A stretch of 64,000 nucleotides of DNA from Haplodiscus bocki. Lineage: Eukaryota. Every line of letters begins with the position of its first letter. Within the stretch, counting starts at the first letter, position 1. Under the pieces are notes generated by a model. It did no database searches. It saw nothing but the letters and a program-made list of their open reading frames with translations, and had not been told where the DNA came from. The translations under genes were made by a program, and so were the position numbers. Below, one piece after another: positions 54,600-64,000 of this stretch. The DNA is taken from assembly GCA_965655095.1 (NCBI GenBank), contig OZ296659.1:4154001-4218000 (forward strand), written 5' to 3'.

Positions 54600-55960
54600 G
54601 GAAAGAAAACGGACAACATATCAAAAAGTCGGCAAAATTACTTGCAACATGACAAAGTGCTTGAAAATCATTTGATCAGCACTTTTTACAGAGTGCTCGG
54701 ATAAAATTTCTCGTAAAAACAAACCGTGACATTAGAACTGAAATGCTAAAGTTCTTCAGGAAGATCATGTTCGGTGACAAAATTTCGGTACGGACCTTCG
54801 ACATGAGAAAATCAGTAGCAGGCCCAATGATCTTTGGCTTGAATAGGCATTCGGAAGAAAAGAATTGAACTGAATTCAATGTTTTTTTCCGGAGTTTGTC
54901 TTTTCATCTAAAATTCGAAGAAAAATTTCGGGTTTTTCAGCTTCCAAAAGGAGGTGTTTTCGACGTGCATCATCAGTGCCGCGGTCGTTACTGGCATTCA
55001 TACCTGTCAGGAAAAAGGTGCCGCAGCCAAAAATCATGCGCTGTGGAAATGGGTCTGATGTTAAAGATACAAGTGGAAAAAGGATTTAAACGGAGCTACG
55101 GCCCACCTTTTGTGGCTTGCTTGACGTGCAGTAGTACTTCAAAACAAATGACCTTTTAAAGCTTTTTTGCTGTTTTTGGTGGCACAATGGCGTGCGTGGC
55201 GTGCCATATCTAGTTTACAGTCGGCTATAACTGGTAAAAGAATCCTTCGACAACAGCTGTAAATATGATAGTGCAGCAGAAAAATGTAGAGCCACAAACA
55301 GTTGGAAGTGGAATTGAAAATGACAAGTTCTGATCGTGTCGTTTCTCTGAGAACCCCAAATTGCGTGTTTGCTACTACATGGTTGCTTTTTGTTTTGGTG
55401 TTTAGATGTTTTTGTTCAATTACGAAAATGCCAACTCGTCATGTTTGTCAAAACTGATAAGAGAAAATGATTTTGGGCGGGATTTAAAGATATCAAGCTT
55501 GAATAATTTATTTAGTCGAGGTTATATTGGGAATGCTTGTTCAATGAAGCTACGAGGAAGATGAATAGAGTCTTACGTGATAAGTCCCAAATAGTTGCAT
55601 TAAAAGGGTTCAATTTATGTTTGAGTTAGTTGAGTTCAATGATTCCACGTAATGCATGTAAATTGGGAACTCTGAAGTCTTCGGAATGAATCAGGGCAAC
55701 CAATTCCCGCCAGTGAAAATCACCATATTCCAAAAGTAAAAATTTTCCATCGTCTTGCCCGTTTCATAATTGAGATGATGAACTCTGTAGATCCCAAGAG
55801 TTTTCATTAAATTACCTTGAAAAGGAATAGCAAGTTCCAGTTTATTAACCATGCCGACTTAAGGATTCAAAACTGAGAAATGAAAACCAAAGGCGGGATA
55901 GAACGAATAAAGTATGTCGGTGAGCATGATAGCCAAGAGGGCTAGATACCTTCAACTTTT
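54600..55960 (-). pseudogene. One or two decayed accessory ORFs upstream of env, function unknown
   Basis: Protein-like stretches across stops and frameshifts: GIYRVHHLNYETG/RWKILLLEYGDFHWRELVALIHSEDFRVPNL and PLVSLTSDPFPQRMIFGCGTFFLTGM..RRKHLLLEAEKPEIF..EGPYRNFVTEHDLPE; no gag, protease, RT or integrase motifs recognised. Confidence 0.4.
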
Positions 55961-56289
55961 AAGATACGTTACAGAATTCGAGAGTCGAGAAAGGTCACCA
56001 AACCTCTGATTTGTTTTTTCTGATATTTCCTGAACTATTTTTCCAGGGCCCGGCGCCGCTGTTGGGGAGTTTATTGAGTAATGATTTTACGGCCGGGATT
56101 ATTTATTACGCCTGCGGATATCTCATTACTTCTGCGGACACCACTATGTAAAAAAGCTCCTTTAGGCTTTAAAAAAATGTTTATAGAGTACATGTAGGGA
56201 TGTTTACAGATATTTTAAAATCTATAGAAATTGAAAAAAGCTCAATCAGGTACAACAAATAACCTTGATAGATTTCAAAACCTAATTAA

Positions 56290-59200
56290 AATAGGAAGGG
56301 CTTGGTGCGAACTCAATCACTAAGACAAATTCGTTTTGCATAAAAACAGAACAAGCTCAGCCTCGCTTGTTCTGATGTACAGACAAAAAGCTGCCTTGTT
56401 CGGAATCCACAGTTCGTAGATTGAACAGTCGTTTTTTCTTCGAGCACTTGTCTGTATCTTTTCAGTGGTTATGCACCAGTTTCCTCCAGAGTTCTTTTTT
56501 CAATCTTTTCATGTTGAATTTGATTTTGTTTGTGTTCTGGTCGCAGCAGCAAAAGGTTTTTACTGCAAAGACAAATCCTTTCAGTTCAACGAAACCCTTC
56601 GTTCCAAAGTTCACGTTCTCGCTTGTCGTATTTGATTTGTTCGACGCAGCACATTTGAGGGAAGAATGTATTGGACGGAAAAAATGTTGCCACACCTCTG
56701 TTATCTGATATTCATCCGGGCATCTTCCATTTCCGTCTTGATACAGTCTTCAATTGAATGTTGTGACAGAGCTAGGCAGAGAGAATCCGAGTCCATTTCC
56801 ATCTCTCCGAAAGAATTGAAGTCGCAAAACTGATGAATAAAAGTGATTATTTAATTCAAACATGCGCAGCTCAACACCTTGCAGGTTGAAAAAACCATTT
56901 ATGATGGGTTCCTTTTGCTCTTCATTAAGTTCTAATATTTCATTTTTGTGCAGGTTATCTTCCAAGTAATTTAGTCTCATGAACAAATTGCTGTTTATGC
57001 CTGTGTGTGTCTTCTCATAATTTAGATATTTGGTGATTGTGTGTCGGCTCCTAAGCATAATTTCATAATTTGGTATCAGTACATGCCCTTAGCCAAGAGT
57101 TCCATCGTCTCAGTAAGGACACCAAAACGTGAAATTTCTTCACCTAGCCTCTGAGCATTCACTGCAGACTGAACACTGTTGAAGCAACTGAACTGAGTGT
57201 ACTGAATGGAACGATGAATACATTGTGGTAGAGTAATTGATCGATTTGTGAGTTGGAAACTCGAAACTAACTTTTTTGGAAGACAAGCCAAAACTTTGTT
57301 TTTTTTCCGCATACTCTTTCATTAACTCCACAATGTCTGAGCGGCAAACTAACGTGTTTCTGAAACTTTTTGGACAGGTGTAAAAGTTTTTTTGAGTTGT
57401 GTGAATTTTTTATATCAAATTGAACGTAACCAAATCAGTCTCCACAGCGAATACTGGAGAGCAATTTATTAAAATTTAAAGCTCGTTCGAGGTCAAAAAT
57501 TATTGGAATAAAAATCTTGATCTCATGGTGTTTTGGGGAATTTTGTTTCCATTCAAATTCCTCCATTTCTCCGATCAGAAATTTCTTCTCTCACAAGTAA
57601 GGCCGACGTAATGTATCCCTTTCCTTCTTCGTCTTTCCTTTGACAAAGTCTTTTTTCGTGAGAGCATGTTGTGCTTCTTGACACTCAAAAAAATGATGAA
57701 AGCAACCCAAAGCATCTAAATTTTTGTTAAAGTGACCTTAAAATCCATCAACGCTGAGAAAAATCCTTTCTCCTGAGATCCCGTTGTGTGAAAGATCTCT
57801 ATCTCGCAGTCCGGACGCGATTTTTGGAAAACTTCGGTTCGAAAGATTGTGCTTTGATGATTGCTGTTTTGAACCGTTGTAAATCAACATCGAAATACCA
57901 TCGTGTCTAAAGTCCAATGCGCATCGGCTGACACATGGCGTAAGCATAGAGTTGACTAGCATCAATACTTACAGTTCACTAGCAAACACTCGGTGAGGAT
58001 CGAGATTTGTTTTACCAACTACCAATTTACGGGTTAAAATAATTGAAGGTCCTACAGCCATACAGCCCAGCTTCAACATGTCAATTAAGTTACTCTGATG
58101 AAACTGAACCATTTTTAGTAGCTTCTTGAGTGGGTGATATATCCCTTTTGTTGTACGAGCGAAGAAAGTCTTTGAAAGACAACGTGTTGTGGGTATTCCA
58201 TATTTGCTGTAAGGACACTTAGTCCCCTTTACCCGTTGGAGGAGTAGGCAAAAAATTGACTTGTGGAAAACCTTCTTCAGTGTCATGTTCAGCTTTCATC
58301 GGCTTCTGTTAATCTGAAAATTGTTTTATCTAGTGAGTTGCAGGTACGCAGTTGATTGAAAATCTCATCCTAAGCGAGAATCGATTGATGCGACAGCTTT
58401 TCAACACTATCAAACCATTCATGAAGGAAACTTCTTCTAGTTCCCCTTGATTTGAACGCTGTGAAAGACCATTCAGGATTAGTTGCACTTCCACGAAAAT
58501 TGATGATATCTAAGAACTGAATGTTGCCGAATTTGAACGATACCCACTAAATTGCTTCCTTAAGGACTGTTGTTTCAATTCCATTTTCTTTAACTAATAG
58601 ATGGACTAGACACAATTTTATGAAATTCAAATACTATTTAGCGCTGTTGAAACCAAAAACAAGCAGATTGTTGACATAACGGTGGAACTGATCTTGGAGC
58701 TCAATCAGTTTGTTCTTTTGAGTTGATTGAATCTGTGTGGAGACAGCGATTTTTTCATCGTCCTCATCGTCTGCTTCATATGAAATTTGTCGTAGCAAAT
58801 CTAACAAACAAGATGTTATTCTTCATCCTCTGTTGATTGCTGACATTACATAGTGAAGTTTTTACTTAGTGAAGTGACATTGCATAGTGAAGCGCCAATA
58901 TCACAAAAACTCACTCATCTCGAGTTTACTTTTCTCGACAAGGTTTCGAGATTGGTTAGGAAGTTAGAGACTAGTGAGTGAGGTTTAGTGTCGCAGATAA
59001 AAATTGCTTCCTGGAACAGATTCGAGTGTGCCCGGATTGAAAATAGTTCATGCTTACCAACCCAAGTAGTTTCTTTATCACTCAGAGAAAAATTTTCCAC
59101 ACAAATTGATTTGAAATCAAAGACAGCAAAGTTGTTGGAGAACGTTTTGTCTTCCGATATCTGAATATCGAAAACCCCCAGTTCATCAGAAAGCGTTTCA

Positions 59201-60470
59201 CGGAGTTGATAGAGTGATTTTGAAGCAATAATTATCACCAACTTTTCGCATCAACTAATTGTCTCCGTAAGTTTCGACTTCCTACAAAAAACTTGTCACA
59301 AATAGAGCAACGAAACGGCTTTGAAACATTGTTGAGTAACATAGCAAAGAAGGTTTTTATAACGCAAAATGGTAGCGACTGAGTTGAATCTCCGCGAATG
59401 TTTTGGCGCAACTCCTCCAACGACTCCATTGTCTGATACTTCATTATCATACACTAAGGTTTCAGCTTTTGCTTGGTGTTCAACAATGTGGATATATTCT
59501 ACAGCAAACCCTCGGAATATTTCAAGGTTGAATTCGAATTGACAAAAACAAATAATTTCAAGGGATCAAATATATCTTCCTCAATTTTTGTTTCTGTCCT
59601 GTACAAGCAAACAGCTTTCAACAAGCATAAATGGTCGTTTCAACATTCCTTGTTCGGTTAGTAACAGACGCAGTTGACATCTGGATGTTAGACGAGGTAA
59701 AAAAGTAAAAAAGGTCTTCACAAACAACGGAATGCTCTTCAACAATGTTGCAAGAAACGTCAGGTTCGTAGCAAAAATTTTTTCTATTTGGTTGAGGATT
59801 TTTCTCGTGCACTCAGTTCGACAATGGTCAAAGTGTCAACACTCTTCTGTAACGCCAACTGTTTTTCTTTGTTGCCAAAGAGTTGTGAAATTTCTCATGT
59901 GCATAAAATTAACGTTACTTTCCGTCTTCAACGTTAGGAAGAACAAATACTAGCGCCATACTAGTATTTGCCGCACACTGTAAACCTTCGAAAACATAAT
60001 GTACTTTATTCTTCTGCAAACTGGATCAATATAGCTTAATGCATGAATGAAAACATGTTGTTTACTTCTAACGAGTTCAGAGTGGACCAAGAAGTGCTTG
60101 CAAATTGCAGGTTCATGGCGTTATTCCGGGTCTGGATGATCTTACTTAATTGAATCCAAGTCAACGTTAACGTCTTCAATCCGTCACCGCTGCACTTTTT
60201 CTGACTGTTTGTGCTTCTGTAAGAAGTAACTGCTGGCAAATTCTTTTTGACAACTTGTGCATTTTGTTCTCACATCTGACTCTGCCTGGTTTGTAGCAAT
60301 TTGTTGATTCCTTTCCCTCTGACTTTGCTGAAAAAACTAAGACCTTCCAGACAGTTTTTTATAGCTCTGGAGCAAGATTTCCAATTTCGTGACAAATTGG
60401 TTGTGCTGACACCCAGTCCACAAAAAACGGATTTAATGTTTAATTCTATAAAAGGAAATTCATGTGAAGA
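56290..60470 (-). pseudogene. Protein-primed family B DNA polymerase (pPolB) of a Polinton/Maverick- or adintovirus-like element, heavily decayed
   Basis: In order: zinc-finger-like N-terminus, FYAHE, FRCSICDKFF, AVFDFKSI (ExoI), VFGFNSAK (ExoII), VGPSIILTRK..IDASQLYAYAMCQPM (motif A), ETMELLAK (motif B), KEPIINGFFNLQ..LRMFEL, MEMDSDSLCLAL (motif C, DTDS), KTFCC, STNCGFR..FYAKR. Confidence 0.88.
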
Positions 60471-60499
60471 ACGCAATGCTTCTCGACAATAAAGTAAAC

Positions 60500-60725
60500 G
60501 TGTGTCGGATAAATATGCAAAACATCTCAGAGAATCATCCAGAAACTAAGAAAAGAAGTGATTAAGAGCTATGGCGCCTGAATGTTTACCAAGCTCAACC
60601 AATTGGAACGCTTTTCCTTCACCATATAAAGATTTCTCATGAACATCATATTTCTTTATAGCATTCAGTTTAGCACGTGTCGGATAATTACGCAAATTTA
60701 CGCATAACCTAAATACTATAAAAGG
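60500..60725. promoter_or_regulatory. Candidate bidirectional promoter of the Polinton-like element
   Basis: GTGTCGGATAA repeated at 60502-60512 and 60677-60687, each followed by an octamer-like a(t/c)gcaaa; TATAAAG on minus (60654-60660) facing pPolB and TATAAAAG on plus (60717-60724). Confidence 0.4.
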
Positions 60726-61199
60726 AGGCGTTTGTGATAAGTGTCACCAGACCATCTAGTAAGATCAATCAACTGAAACGAAGCCTCTTCAGCCAGAACA
60801 ATGTAGTTGGGTAAAGTGATAGTTCATTAAAAATCTTACAGACGTTTGAGAACTCCTTGTCTGCGAAGTGTGATCAAGCGGACGACCTTCCTACAGTGTG
60901 GAGTCAGTCTGACAACTGCAATGAAGTGGAGCAAACATCTCTCGTTTAGGTTACAATTTGTCTGATAGGTTTATTCTAGTAGAATTAGATCTCTGAGAAT
61001 GTAGGTAGGCTGTCTGTGGATACAAGTAATTGGAACCAGTATCCTTCAAAAGGACAAATGGTGACTGCGCAGTTTTTCCAAGCGTAAAAAAGCAACATTA
61101 CATTTAAAAAAAACATGTGACTCAATCATGGAGGGAGCAAAGAATATCAATTTTTGAAACCAGTTGTATATTGAGTGATACAGCTCAGCCAATGAGAAA

Positions 61200-64000
61200 C
61201 AAAGATGGAATTGATATGAAACTTTGACAGTTTTGTTCCCCCTTAAGCTTTTTCATATAGCACAGTTCCTTTGTCAAGAAAATTAGATGTTGCCGACAAA
61301 CCAACTACCCATTCTGTCAAAGCTAAACTCTGTATACGAAGAACGTCCGGACGACCTTGCAGAAAAAACCGATGTTGACTCTCTGTTCTAGTGCAAAATT
61401 CTAAACATCTCAAGTGAAGAAAGTTGACCAGTGCATTTCATCAGAGCCTCCAACAAAAATCCTTTACCTTAAAAGTATTCAGACTTGAATCTTCGAAACT
61501 GAAACAGCAGTCTTTTCCGGCAGAAGAAATAACTGTAACTAAGCAAGAGTTTTCCACACTTTCGCATTGCTCGAAAATTTTTTTCAAACCAGTCGAGGAG
61601 GCAAAAACATCGAACTTTTCTTGCTTCTCAGAACCTATAAATCCCCTTCGTTACTTTTCTTCTGAAAGACAACCTCTTTTGTAATCACATCCATGAAGTA
61701 ACAACTATCCCAAACAACACATTAGATTATAGATCTGAGTTGAACTCGACAGCAATTGGCTTTTCTCCATGAAAATTTTTTGTCGAACTCGAGTCCAATT
61801 TCTGTTGGATGAAATTGTTAATTCTCACCACTTTGAGATTTCAAAACTGTTTACAAAATGCTCTTTTGTTGTCTCCAACTGTTGATAGCTGAAAACAATC
61901 ACAATCTCTGAGCCAATTGTGTTCGGTCTGTTCGATTTGATTTCACTAATATTTTTCCTAAAATTCATAGGTTGCTTCCTAAACATCATCGGTTGACGTA
62001 AATCCTAACAAAAAATCGTTCTGGCAATCTTTTAGTTGTCAAAACATTTCAGAATCAAAACCTACATTTATCAACTGTCAACATTTTGATGCAACTTTTC
62101 TCGCAAAATGATGTTCTTAGTTTGGAACGGCGAAGGAAAGTAGTCGGTAGTTTTTGGATTAGTTTTAACTCTGAGAGAGGAGCGAAACTTTTGTATCGAA
62201 GTAACCATTATTCGCTGCGGATTCGACTATCCTGTCTGAGAAGATGGCAATGTTGAGGAAGTTGATGAGGGCTACAATGGTGATGAGGACAGCGACGATG
62301 ATTTTGTTGACAATGAAAACGAGGAAAACGTACAGCCTGTAAAGTTAACACCGGACAAAGAGAAGGATAACCAGTCTCCACCTGTGCCACTGAGGACAGG
62401 CAGCGGCTTGCCCTTCGAAAGACTCGAAATTTTTTCGCAAATTGTCATCAAATCTTTATTTGAGTAAATCGTCAAGCAACTAAAGTTCAATGTGTAGTAT
62501 CCTTATCATCTAAAGTGACTGTTGCAGAGTTTTCTTTTGATCTTCTTTTTCAAAAATGTGCTTTTCAAAAACAACTGCTCGCATTTGTTTAGTTTCATTG
62601 CCATTTTCGTCGGAAATAATTGCTACCATAAAGCTAAATTGAAGAAACACAACTTCGACAGAGACCAAAAAAGACCTACCTGAAACCTTCCATAACTTTT
62701 ATTTGGAATTCCATAAGGTGTTATGCTTCAATGGCGGAAAACCTTACAAAGTAACTCTCCAAGAAGAGGATGGGTCTATTGCATGCTTCCTTGGATCGTT
62801 CTGCGGTAGTGAAAGGTCCAAAAAACTCCAGTAATGGTCTAGCATCTTTGAGAAAATAATTTCAAAGAGACAAGTAATGTGAAATTTTTCAAAACCATTA
62901 GTGAAATTTTGATTCAAAAAAATTAGTAGTTGTTTTTTTGTCAATGAAAAATGACTTGATAGAAACCGTAGAGTCGACAAAATTGTTGTGCAGTCAAACA
63001 AAAAGCCTTGAAAAAAACTCACAGCATGAATGAAGTTTTTTTGTGTGAATGAATATCAATAAAAATTCTTCATGTAATTTTTACACCAAGTGGTTTGTCC
63101 CCAGTAGACTGAGCATAAAATGTTCCAAAGTTTAGACCATTACAAAAATCCACTTTCTTGCAGGCTGATGTTTTTCGGCCAAAAAAACGTTTTACTGATC
63201 TCAGAAGTGTAAATGAAGAAAACTTGACTCAAAAATTAAAAATTTAGGTTCAAACATCTGAATTCAAGCTTGAGTACACGCTCCTGAAATCAAAAACATG
63301 CAGTCCCTCGTTTGAGGATACAACACTGGAGATCTTGAAAGAAACTTCCGTTTCTTCCAGGCTGTCAACTTTCGGCTTCGAATACATCTTACTGAACTCA
63401 AATTTTTAAGTTCACAAAACTGAGCATAAAGTTTTAAATTCAGAAAACTGAGTTCAAATAAGAGTAGACGTTCACGGAAAAATGACCCAACCAAAAAATA
63501 TTCCATTCAAACAGGAACTGCTGCTGTCTTCAGGAAGAGGGTGTTTGCGAGTTTTCATGTTGAAAACGACGAAATTAGTCTCGTAACTAGCATCCCCATC
63601 AATGAAACAGTAAATTATTTTCATGACTTCAAGCTCATTTTTTTTGTCCTTCTGGTGCGTTCCTTTTTTCCACAAAAAGAGATCCACTCGTCTGAACTGA
63701 TTTTGCTTTCGATGTTAACCTATTCTTCTTGAAAACTTTATGGAAGTGCCTTTCTGAGCAATGCGGGCTTTTTGTCCACGCTTTTGTTGAATTTGTTAAA
63801 AGAAACGAACTCTCCATTTTTTCGAAAGTTTCTCCAGGTTAAAACAAAAACTTTCTACTGAATTTGTGTTTGAAAAAAGTTGCAAAAACAATCTACTCGT
63901 TGAAAGTTGAAGCGAAAGAGATCTAGTTTCGTAAGTAGGTCAAACATATCGTTATCTGCAATCAGTAGAATATGGTTTTGACAATGTTTCAAAAAACAAA
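61200..64000. mobile_element. Further decayed ORFs probably belonging to the same Polinton-like element (plus about 61200-61890 and 62240-62470; minus about 62500-63100 and 63200-63820)
   Basis: Densely packed protein-like fragments (FTLKVFRLE..EEITVTKQEF; acidic DGNVEEVDEGYNGDEDSDDD; IISDENGNETKQMRAVVFEK; FVVFNMKTRKHPLPEDS) broken by stops; no capsid, ATPase or integrase recognised in the window. Confidence 0.45.

Noticed and set aside
55991-56140. TGGTGACC on minus as a tRNA-Trp primer-binding site with a short 5' LTR
   Set aside because: Only about 8 nt match and the upstream sequence does not resemble the LTR candidate at 51485-51796

Overview
AT-rich animal (invertebrate-like) genomic DNA dominated by decayed transposable elements. 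No prokaryotic features, rRNA, intact tRNA or CRISPR array were seen. The only clear host coding sequence is one large minus-strand low-complexity exon (7116-8544) ending at a GTGAGT donor. Two largely TE-free unique stretches (about 8.6-11.4 kb and 24.3-29.2 kb) lie upstream of it. 1-24 kb holds MITEs, a Tc1 relic, a LINE 3' relic and a Mutator (MULE) element with TIRs and a TSD. 30.9-47.0 kb holds three divergent, co-oriented CR1-group LINEs plus a copia (GalEa-like) gag relic. 47-49.2 kb holds a CRE-clade endonuclease relic split by Helitron-like elements. 51.5-56 kb is the 3' half of an env-bearing LTR element, abutting a decayed Polinton/Maverick-type protein-primed PolB region (56.3-64 kb). 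Best lead: in all three LINEs ORF2 is in frame with ORF1 and has no own AUG before the endonuclease. The junction reads TGA-CTA-G, TGA-CTA-A and TCA-CTA-C, matching the known leaky UGA-CUA readthrough context, which suggests an ORF1-ORF2 fusion made by programmed stop-codon readthrough. One of these LINEs also carries a separate SGNH-esterase ORF ahead of a PHD-finger ORF1. All family assignments come from manual translation and motif recognition, with no database search.
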